From: Reclinomonas americana ATCC 50394
Taxonomy: Eukaryota
Direction: 5' to 3'
DNA: 20,000 bases
Assembly: GCA_048213135.1 (NCBI GenBank)
Contig: PS015088.1
Span: 108,322-128,321, forward strand
In this document: positions 10,138 through 20,000 of the stretch, one piece after another
Numbering within the stretch: position 1 is the first letter of the stretch
Layout of the letters: every line of letters starts with the position of its first letter
Notes under the pieces: generated by a model
What the model was told of the DNA's origin: nothing
Database searches by the model: none
The model's input: only the letters and a program-made list of their open reading frames with translations
Program-made: the position numbers and the translations under genes

Positions 10138-10821
10138 GTGGTTGCGGTGGTGGTGGGCGGGTTGATGTCGTCCTCCTGCTTCTCCTACTCCCACGTCACG
10201 TACGCACACACACGCGCGCGCTCGTGCCTGCCACTTGCCACCTTGTTGTGCCTGTTTCTCCACACTGCAGAGCACATTCTCCTCTTTTCCTCTTTCGAAT
10301 ATACCCTCATTCGTTTCCCCTCTTCTCTCTCTCATTCCCTTCTTTTGCCTCTCTCTCTCTCTCCCTCTCTGTGTGTGCGTGCATGGCATTCTCCTTTTTC
10401 TTTCTTTTTGTCGTCAGGCTCAATGGGGATGGTGCATCACTCCGCTGCCGCCGGTCGCAAAACTCCCTCTTTCCCCTTTGCTCATTTCCTCCCGTTACTC
10501 TTTTTTTTCCCTTCTGTTGCGCGTTCATGCACACCTCCCACCTTCACTTTATTCTCTTCTCTACTGATGCTGCCACCCGCCCTGCTATCACCGCCTTTCT
10601 CCGATACCATTGGCGACCACTATTCCTCTTTATTCGAACACTCCTATTCTGGTCGCATATGATTCACGTGTTCCCATCTCCTATCCTCCCGTCTCCTCCC
10701 TATCTTTTCCCCTCTCCCAGTACTCTCATTCACCTCGTTTCTCATTCTAATCGATGTTATTCACCCTCACCCCATTAAGATTCTTCGTGTTCGAATGTCC
10801 AACAATTTGTGCGCCACACAG

Positions 10822-13800
10822 GCTCGCAAGATGTCGTTCAATTGCAACGTGCATTGCAAGAACACGAGACGGCGCTCATCCAGGCGCGCATGATCCTGGA
10901 GAGCTCCGATGCCGCCGCACGCGCTGCTCGCGAGGAGCTGCAAGCGAATTTCATTCAGATACTGACCACGGAACGGGAGGCGCATGAGCGCAATGAGCTC
11001 GTGCATCGCCAGCGCGAGGAGCAGCTGCGGTCGCGACAGCAGGAGTTGGAGAAGCGGAACAGTGAGTCACGGAAGATGGCCGACGAGGCGCGCGCGGAGT
11101 TGCGGAGAGAGCGGGATGCGCGGTTGCGAGCCGAGGCCGAGCTGGCGCAATTACGGCAGCGCTACGATCCGTTGTCGGGCGGTTCCGGCAGTTGCGTTCT
11201 GTCGCCAAGAAAAGGGGATAGTATTATTATTGTGGTGGCCTGACACACTGCTCATTAGGCGACTCGTCGTCGGGGAATGGGGATCGCGAGTCGAGTCCAC
11301 CGCAGGGCAGCTCCAGTGCCGACGCCCAGAGCAGCCCGATTGCGGAGATGCACCGCAAGGTGGTGGAAATGCGGCGGCAGCTGCATTCGTTGTGCATTCC
11401 GTCGGTGTTGCGGGCTGTCAGTGTGGTCACGGAGGTGCGTTGTGGGAGCACAGGGAGGAAGAGAGGGAAAGAGGGACAGAGAGGATGAGGAGGGGGGCAC
11501 TGTCAGTGTAGTCACGGAGGATTGTCGTGGGAGCACAGGGAGGAAGAGAGGATTCTCGTCGCTTCTTGCTACCTTTTCTTCTTTACTCCCCCTTCCTTAN
11601 NNNNNNNNNNNNNNNNNNNTTCCTCATCCTTCCCTTTCCCCTTCTCCCCCTCACCTTCCCCCCCCTCCACCGACAGGCCCGCGAGGTCCAACGAAGTGCC
11701 AAATTCGCCGAGCAATTCACCACCAGCTCAGCGTACCGCGCCGCCGCCGGCTGCCGACAGCTGGTGGACACGGCGAGCGGATCGTTGAGTCGATTCACTC
11801 TTCCTCCCGCCCTCTCTCCCCTCTCCAGTCCCTCACCAGCACACAGATGGAATGACACGCTGGAGAGGGCCACCAACGACCGCCTCATGCGTACCGAACT
11901 GGCGGTGCGCACTCTGCGCTCCATCATTGAGAAAACNNNNNNNNNNNNNNNNNNNNNNNNNNNNNNNNNNNNNNNNNNNNNNNNNNNNNNNNNNNNNNNN
12001 NNNNNNNNNNNNNNNNNNNNNNNNNNNNNNNNNNNNNNNNNNNNNNNNNNNNNNNNNNNNNNNNNNNNNNNNNNNNNNNNNNNNNNNNNNNNNNNNNNNN
12101 NNNNNNNNNNNNNNNNNNNNNNACAGGCGCTGCTGTCGGAACACGAGTCGCTGGCCGGCTCTCTGCAGGCACAAGCCAGCACTCCCACCATCAATGGCTC
12201 CTCGTCGCCGGACTCGGTCGACGACGAGTCGAGCAACTCGAATTCATCGAGCGGTGCGTTTTCCCTCCTATCCTCCCAGTCTCCCATCAATCTGCCCTCA
12301 CACACATTCTCCCCTCTCTGCAGACTTGTCGTCCAACGCCGTCGAAGTCGTCAGCCCGGCGTTGATTGCTCAGTTGCACCGATGGATGGAGACTCACTGG
12401 GCGCGCATCGAAGCCGCCGTGCTGGCCACGGACGGTAGCGTCGTGTCACACGGACTCAATGGCAACATTCACCACGAGGCCGACGCACTGTCGCAGGCCC
12501 TCGATGCTGTGCCGGTCACCGCCGAACACGTCGGCCTCATTCGCTCCATTCTGGTGCGTGCGTGGGTGGAGAAAGGGGGCGAAGGGACTGTCATATTAAG
12601 AGTCTCACACGCGCGTGTGCAGGGCAAGAGCGCGCGTTCGTGCAGCTCCGTCCTGGCCCTGCTCGTCACCGAGTGCAATCGCCTCTCGCGTGGCCTGGAC
12701 GTGCAACGGCGCTCCATCCACGTGTGCGACGAGGTCACCGAGGCCTCGCACGAGGCGCGTGTGGCCGACCGCGCACTGCGACGAGCACTGGTGCGGGGAA
12801 GGAGATCTTTTTTTCTTCTTGCGCATATCGGCTCACCACCACATGCAGGTCGACTTGGAGGAGCAGCAAGACGACGGCGCCAGCCAACCGGTGCTTGCCA
12901 TGCTGGCCACCACTGTGGAGGAACGCCGCGAGGCACTCGGCAAGGCGCAGGAGAGATTAGCCCTGTGCAGTCACGCCCTGACGCTGCTGGAGAACGAGGA
13001 GTGGGTGCCGGAGCTCACGCTGCGGTCTCAGCGTGCTGTCGAGGCACTTGGTCAGCAGGTTTGTGAAAGGAAGGGAGAGGGGAAGGGAGGGAGAGAGAGA
13101 GAGAGAGAGGAGGAAGGGGGAACGATAGAGGTTGGTGGTGATCTTAACAAAAGGATCTGGAGGAGAATTTGGAAAAGGGGGAAACAGAGAACAGGATGAG
13201 GAAGAGAAGAGGCAGAGAGTATGAGTGTGCATTGCGCAGAAGTAGCCACGAGGCCGCGAGCAGGTCATGACTTCGGCCCTGCTTTTATGTACTTCTCTCC
13301 CATTCAATACTCGCCCCTCCGTTTTCTGTATATCGCCCTCCACTCCTGTCTCCCGTTTCTGTCTTCTTCCATCTCCCTTCTCTTCTTTCTGTCTCCATTT
13401 TCTACCGTTTCACCTTACTTCTCCCACCCACTCGTCTCCATTCGCGCTTCTCCCAAGTCGCACTTTTCATTCCCTTACCCACCCTTGACGCCCTTCACGT
13501 CCTTCCTTTTCGCACTCTTCCTCTCCATGCTTCTCGCTCTCCGCCCTCCCTCCTTCCCAATCCTTCCCCCTTGATTACTTCCCCCTTCATCTTCTCCCTT
13601 TTTTTCCCCTTTCCCCCTCTGCCCCTTCCGTCTTCCCCCTTCGTCTTCCCCCCTTCGGTCTTTCCCCTTCACCTTCCCCCTTCACCTTCCCCCTTCACCT
13701 TCCCCCTTCACCTTCCCCCTTCACCTTCCCCCTTCACCTTCCCCCTTCACCGTCCCCCTTCACCTTCCTCTTCCACCTTTCCCCTTCCCCCTTCCCCCCC

Positions 13801-16800
13801 TTTTCCTCACCCGCGCTCTTGTCCACCACCGCAGCACGTCATCCCCACCGTCCTACTGCGAAGCCCCTTCCTGATGCCGACGGTACGCGAGGACGCATTT
13901 GTCGACGTGGAGGAGGTGGCGGGTCGGAGAAACGTGTATCGCGCAAGGTGCGTCACCTCACTCGTCTCTTTTCTTGCTTCGCAGCGCTAACTCCTGTCAT
14001 GCAGGTTGCGAGAGGACGGCAGCCGGTGGATTCTCAAGCGATACACGCTCGGCGATGAGCAGGCACGCCACCGCTTCCTTCGCGAAGTCAGCATTCTTCG
14101 ACAGGTTTGTTTCATTGTTTCTTTTTGTCTGTCTCTTCTCTCCCTCTCACTCTCTCTTGCAGGTACAACACCCGAACGTGGTCCGCCTGCGCGGTTACTT
14201 TTTGGGCGACAAGAGCGCCGAGGATGTGATTGCCGTGTTCTCCTACCCGGGACTGCGCTCGTTGACAACATGGTGCCGCGAAAAACAGCGATCGGAGAGC
14301 GAGATCCGTGAGGTGTTCTTTGGATTGTTGCAGGTGCGGTTGTTCTTTCACATCGTTGCCTGTTGTGTGAGAGACCACAACTGAACACACATCGGGGGAC
14401 TTCGATGCAGGGATTGGTGGCTCTCCATCAGCACGACGTGGTGCATTGCGACTTGAACTTTGAGAATGTGATTATCAGTGCCGACGGGCAGCCGCGCATC
14501 GTCGACTATGACATTGCCGATGGTCCTCGGCCGCTGACGCGTCGCTTGGCAGTGGCAGGTGTGTTCTGCTACGCACGCTGCTTCCCCACTATTTGCACTC
14601 ACCTTTCCCTTCATCCGCACAGCCGAGGGCTCCGACGGCTTCCTCGCACCCGAGGTGATCGAGTGCATGGCCCGCCAGCGAAACGGCCTGCTGGCCTCCA
14701 CGGAGCCGTCCCGTGACCTGTTTGCTCTGGGTGTTATGCTTTTCCAGGCGATGGTCGGCATGGATCGAGCAGTGTCGGTGGTGCCCGCGGGTGCCAGCGG
14801 CGGCTGGGAGGTCCATCTGGATCAGGCCGCCATCACCTCGCCCACGCTTCTGTCACTTGTTCTGGCACTGGTCAGTGATATGCGCACATGTGTGCGTGTG
14901 TTTGTCGTGCGTTGTCTCACTGCCGTGGCACACAGGTTGAACCCGATCCAAAGAAACGCATTTCGGCGCTCGACGCACTGGCACACCCATTCTTCCGACT
15001 CCACTCATTACCGGCGTATGCCGTCGACGCGGCCACTTCACTGGCCGAGCAGCGCGTACAGTCGATTCGTGAGCAACTCGCACGCATGAGGACACACGCC
15101 GGACCGTACATTATGCCAGTTGCGGGCATGCAGAGATTTTTCTTTGTCGAAGAGGCTGAGTGACTCAACTGTGGGTGCGCGCACAGATTCAAGTTTCGCG
15201 CGAATCACTGGTCACCGACGGCGCCTCGTTCTTCCTGTCCATGGAGCCGTCGAACTGGATTGTGCCACTGCGTGTCTCGTTTTTGGGCGAGGAAGGAGTG
15301 GATGCGGGCGGCCTCACTGCGGAGTTTTTCGCTCAGGTTTGTGAACACACTGTTCTTCTCATCGCCTGTTGATCCTCTTTGTCATCCCAACACGCGATGC
15401 TTTCCTCGCATCTCCTTTCTCGTTACCCTTCTCGCTCCTTTCCAACTGTTGCTTTTCTTGATCCTCTCTGTCATCCCAACACGCGATGCATTCCCCGCAT
15501 CCCCTTCCCGTTACCCTTCTCACCCCTCTCCAACTCTTGCTATCCTTTTGCCGTCCCAACACGCGATCCTTTCCTCACATCTCCTCTCTCGTTACCCTTC
15601 TCGCTCCTTTCCAACTGTTGCTTTTCTTGATCCTCTCTGTCGTCCGACTCTTTCCTCCCATCTCCTTCCCGTTACCCTTCTCGCTCTTCCCCAGCTCTTG
15701 CCTTTCTTGATCCTTTTTGTCGTCCCAACACGCAGTTCATTCGTCGCATCTCTTTCCCTTGTTGCTTTCTTGATCCTCTCCGTCGTCCCAACACACGATC
15801 CTTCCACATCCCCTTTGCCCTTCTCACTCTTCCCCAGCTCTTCCCTTTCTTGATCCTTTTTGTCGTCCCAACACACGATCGTTTCCTCGCATCTCTTTCC
15901 CTTGTTGCTTTCTTGATCCTATCTGTCGCCCCAACACGCGATCCTTTCCTCACATCCCTTTCCCTTTACCCTTCTCGCTCCTCTTCGGCTGTTGCTTCTC
16001 GTGATCCTTTCCTCGCGTCTCTTTCCCTTCACCCTTCTCACCCCCTCCGCTCCTCTTGCAGTTCTTTGAGCAACTGTGCACCAAGTCGAACGCATTCGTG
16101 CGGGAGGACGAGCACGACGCGCAGTACTACCACGTGGCGCCGCTGCACGTCATGTCGCGCGAACACCGAGAGCAAGCGGAGCTGACGTTGCTGGCGTTTG
16201 GTCGCGCCCTGGCCAAGTGTCTGTCGGAGGCGCACGCGGCGCTGCCGGCTCCCCTGTACTCGGACGTGATCCTGGAGCTGCTCGGCTCGACTCCACGCGC
16301 GCGCATGTTTTGCGATCCAAATGATGTGACGGCCGACGCTGCCGAGGCGCTGCTGCGCGCACTCGAAGTGATTGTGCCGTCGGTGGCCAGGAGCTTGCGC
16401 TTCACCCTGGTGCAGTTCGAGGCCTCCATGTTGTTCTTTGACGATGTTGTACCCGAGTTTTTGCCAAGCACTGTCAGTTGCGTGCGGATAGGGAGAATGG
16501 GATTGGCATGGCGAGTGGCTCACGAGATTGCTTTGCAACACAGATGCACGTGATGGCGTCACGGAGGAGAATCGCTTGTCGTACGTTTGTGCCCGCGCTC
16601 GCACGGTGTTGCTGGGTCAGGGCCGGTTGGACGCCATCTCAATAATTAAGCGCGGAGTCCGGGATTGTCTGGCACCCGCGTTGGGCGATCAGGTGTGTGT
16701 GCGCGCGCGTCATGGAATCGTTAGTCGTGGCACTCATTTCTTCTCGAATATGCTGCAGCTGCTCAACTCCATGGGTGCCTTTGAATGGCTGCGCGCACTG

Positions 16801-17214
16801 CCGGCAACGCAGGAGTCTGTCGGTGCGTCCTTCTCCTTCATCGTCTCCCCTGTCCCTCTCACCACCGCATCGCTCACCGCTCGCACAGATGCCGAGGCCC
16901 TCATCGACCTGCTGCGCTTTGAGCACTTCCCTGACGCAAGCGAGGCACCCCATGTGCTGGCCCAGGCGCTGCGCGAATTCACACAAGATGAGTTGCGCCA
17001 GTTCCTCAAGTTTGTCACCAATCTGCCGGGGCTGCCGTTCGGACATCCGCGACCGGTGTTGGTGGTGGCCTCGGCGGCTGGTGTCGAAGAGCTCCCGACG
17101 GCGCACACCTGTGTGCCGCAGTTGGATCTCAGCTGGCATCACTCGTCGGCCGAGGTGCTCGGTCGTGTGCTGCGGACGGCGATTGCGCAGTGTGTTGGCT
17201 TTGGATTCGCGTAG
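10822..17214 (+). CDS. Coiled-coil + atypical protein kinase + C-terminal HECT E3 ubiquitin ligase fusion protein (multi-exon; 5' exon unresolved; spans two N gaps)
   Basis: Coiled-coil exons lie at 10822-13058. Kinase exons (13835-15118) show WILKRY, FLREVSIL, HPNVVRL, HCDLNFENV, IVDYDIA, GFLAPE, DLFALGVML and DPKKRISALDALAHPFF. HECT exons (15187-17214) show VSRESL, LRVSFLGEEGVDAGGLTAEFF, FGRALAKCL, FLKFVT, LPTAHTC (catalytic Cys) and terminal GFGFA*. The kinase and HECT parts join in frame across intron 15119-15186. Confidence 0.88.
13059..13834. repeat. Long intron with purine then pyrimidine low complexity and a 13-bp CCTTCACCTTCCC minisatellite (about 13665-13770)
   Basis: Tandem CCTTCACCTTCCC units are directly visible. 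GTTTGT donor and CAG acceptor. Confidence 0.85.
15365..16040. repeat. Intronic compound minisatellite, about 8-9 units of 60-90 bp
   Basis: TTGATCCTCT(C/T)TGTC(A/G)TCCCAACAC(G/A)CGAT recurs, followed by variable CGTTACCCTTCTCGCTC / GTTGCTTTCTT modules, inside intron 15337-16061. Confidence 0.9.
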
Positions 17215-17265
17215 TTCTCCTCTTGTGCAGTGTACACTTTGTTTTACCCCCTTGTTTATTTCTTC

Positions 17266-19472
17266 TCATCCGGGACACCGACTGCGATACTCTTCCACCA
17301 GCTCGGCGTTGAGCGAGGGTGTGACCTTTCGCCGTGCGCTGTCAAAGTCCGCCGTGCACTGCGCGTTGTCAACAGTGAGCATGAGTTGGAAGGGAGGTCA
17401 TGGGCATTGTGTCGCACCACCACTGCCGAATTCATATCTCTCCGGAGCGCAGACATGGCCGCCTCTGTGCACAGCGCTTTGAGCTCGGCTCCCGTCATGA
17501 ATTCCGTCTGCACACAACATGTCTCAGTGCACCGAGGAGAGTGATGGCGAAAAAAACGAGCGTCACACCTGCTCGGCGATCCTGGTGAGGTTCAGCCTGT
17601 CGTCGAGCGGCATGCCACGCGTGTGCACTCTCAAGATGGCGACACGAGCCTCCAGATCGGGTGGTGGCACAAACAGCAGGCGATCGAAGCGCCCGGGGCG
17701 CAACAGTGCGGCGTCCACCATCTCGGGTCGATTGGTCGCCGCCATCACCAGCACATCTCGCCGCAGCGCACCGACGCCGTCCATTTCGTTCAACAGCGCC
17801 GTGAGAATGCGGTCTCGTACGGCATCTGAGCCCCCACTTTCACCACCATCTCCACGCTTGCCGACCAGTGCATCGATTTCGTCGAGGAAAATGACGGACG
17901 GTGCGGCCAGGGCGGCCTTCTTGAACAGCTCGCGAATGTACCGCTCGGCGTCGCCGACATATGGCGAGTACACGGTGGCACCACTGGTGTGGAGAAAGGT
18001 GAGCGACGCAGAGGCCGCGACAGCCCGCGCCAAACTGGTCTTTGCGCAACCCGGCGGTCCGTGCAGGAGAATGCCGCGCGGTGGCGACAGACCCATGCGC
18101 TCAAACGTGTGCCGGTACCGCAGCGGCCACTGGATCGCCTGCGCCAGTGCCAGTTTCACGTCCTCCAGGCCACCAATGTCGTCAAACGACGCCACCGGTG
18201 CCGACACGCCGACTTCGGCGGCCTCTCGATGCAGCGATGGACGCACCACCGACCGTGCATGCTCAAAGTGCGACCGCCCGACGCGCACATTGGCGGCGGC
18301 GGCAGCGACAGCCTCTGCGTCGGCGGCCAGAAACGCGACGCGACACAACTCGGCCAGATCCGCCCCCACGAATCCAGCGCACGACTCGGCAATCGTCACT
18401 GAAGGAAAACAATAGTGAGAGGAGACAAGGACGATGATGGAAAAGCAAGCAATCCATGCAAACCAAGATCAACATCGTCTGCCAGTCGCATGCGGGAGGT
18501 GCGCGCACGCAGGATGGCCACCTTGCCGTCGAGTGACGGTGGCGGTATCTCGATCTCGCGATCAAAACGACCGGGCCTGCGCAGAGCGGGATCCAACCGT
18601 GATGCGGCATTGGTGGCCGCCAGCACCACTACTCCCGATGATTGTTCGCCGGGCGCGTGATCGAGGTCGTCCATCAGCGTCTGCAATTGCGCGACGATGC
18701 GTGCGCCGTAATGACTGCCGACAGAGTCGCGCCGCTGACACAACGCGTCGATCTCATCCATGAAAATCACCACGGGCCGATTGCGCGATGCTATTTCGCG
18801 TGCTTCTGCAAACGCCTCACGCAACCGGCGCTCCGTCTCACCCATGGTGTCGTCGGTGACCGACGCACAGTCGATGCACACCACATGCGCGCCGCACTCG
18901 CGCGCCACAGCACGCGCAGCACTGGTCTTGCCGACGCCTGGAGGCCCCGTGAGCAGAGCACCACGCGGTGGACGCACACCCAGTCGAGTGAACACTTCGG
19001 GGACGCGGTGCGGCAGCACCACCAGTTCGCGCAGGGAGCGGAGGACGGAGTCGAGCCCTCCAAGCAACTCTCCCTCCTCTTCCTCCTCCTCCTCTTCGTC
19101 CTTGTCATCCTCCGACAGAGGGGAAGGAGACCTCCCTGGTGACGACTGCTGCTGTAACCGCAGCCGTGTGTTGGCGGTGACGAAAAAGAAGCGATCGGGC
19201 GGAGCACTGGCCTCGGCTGCCACCGCCGTCGAGAAGCGCACATTTGCCACATGCAGTGGAAGCACGTCGGTCGCTGCCTTATCGTCATCACCGACCGGCA
19301 TCAACACTGTGACACCGACCTCCAACAGCGGAAAGCGACGCAGGAATGCTTGCACGCGGGCGGCGTCGACGGGTGATCGAGAAGAAGATGACGACGACGA
19401 AGGGCAGTGCACTGTGACGGAGCTGGCGCGGCGAGGGATGGGGCGGCCAGATGTGAGCACGTCAATGGTGGC
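17266..19472 (-). CDS. AFG2B: CDC48-family double-AAA+ ATPase, SPATA5L1/AFG2B-like (ribosome biogenesis); 5' end unresolved
   Basis: Exons 19472-18464, 18398-17569, 17507-17418 and 17358-17266. D1: GPPGVGKT, IFMDEID, DPALRRPGRFDRE. D2: GPPGCAKT, YSPYVGDAE, IFLDEID, ALLRPGRFD. The GCAKT and SPYVGD variants fit the recalled SPATA5L1/CDC48B subfamily. Confidence 0.85.
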
Positions 19473-19479
19473 CTGCGAG

Positions 19480-19800
19480 AGAGGGATGAGAGAAGGGGAA
19501 AGGGAGAGGGGAAGGGAGGAAGGGGAAGGGAAAGGGAAGGACAGAGGAGGAGGAGGAGGAGGAGGAGGAGGAGGAGGAGGAGGAGGAGGAGGAGGAGGAA
19601 GAGGAAGAGGAAGAGGAAGACGAAGAGGAAGAAGAAGAAGAAGAAGAAGATGATGAAGGTGGAAGGGACGTGGAGAAGAAGAAGAGAAGAAGATGATGAT
19701 GAAGAAGAAGGAAAAGGAGAAGGAGAAGAAGAAGGAGAAGAAGAAGAAGAAGAAGAAGAAGAACAACAACAACAACAACAAGCAGAACAACACCAAATCC

Positions 19801-19889
<89 letters not shown>

Positions 19890-20000
19890 GAAGAAGAAGA
19901 AGAAGACAAGATACACAAAAAGACAAAGAAAAAGAAAAAAAAAGAAAAAAAGAGAGACGATAGACGACGAGACACGTACGTACGTACGTACGTAGTACGT
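19480..20000. repeat. Compound microsatellite (GGA)n-(GAA)n-(AAC)n-(ACGT)n, probably intronic in the AAA gene
   Basis: Directly visible. It lies just upstream of the CAG acceptor at 19473 on the minus strand. Confidence 0.95.

Noticed and set aside
11600-12122. ORFs running through N stretches
   Set aside because: These are assembly gaps, so continuity across the Ns is not evidence. An exon boundary is probably hidden in the larger gap.
15365-16040. CRISPR-like array (conserved core with variable intervening sequence)
   Set aside because: The intervening segments are related to each other and low in complexity, the context is a eukaryotic intron, and there are no cas genes.
17519-19653. Long + strand ORFs (298 aa and 297 aa)
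   Set aside because: They are antisense shadows of the GC-rich AAA ATPase exons.
19473-19995. Poly-L, poly-C, poly-V and poly-N ORFs, including the N-terminal extension of the 506-aa ORF
   Set aside because: These are trinucleotide microsatellites upstream of a clear splice acceptor at 19473.

Overview
Gene-dense eukaryotic DNA, probably from a protist. It has GC-rich exons, many GT-AG introns (mostly about 55-110 nt, a few long and filled with microsatellites) and two N gaps. Manual splicing gives, in order: the 5' end of a coatomer epsilon-like gene (-) with a tandemly duplicated start/promoter segment; a small two-exon Cys-rich gene (-); a frameshifted relic of an NAD(P)H-binding/atypical SDR gene (-); a 14-exon, about 758-aa TLDc + LP-repeat + IFI44-like P-loop + SAM-like gene (-); a head-to-head second TLDc gene (+); an ankyrin-repeat ORF (+); a long coiled-coil + atypical protein kinase + HECT E3 ligase fusion gene (+) that may be spliced to the ankyrin exons; and a double-AAA SPATA5L1/AFG2B-like ATPase (-) whose 5' end is not resolved. 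The most interesting signals are the IFI44-like protein in a probable non-animal eukaryote, the kinase-HECT fusion, their clustering as a possible immunity-like island, and six introns best explained by an unusual GTTG(C/A)G donor. All homology calls come from motifs recognised by eye, with no database search.
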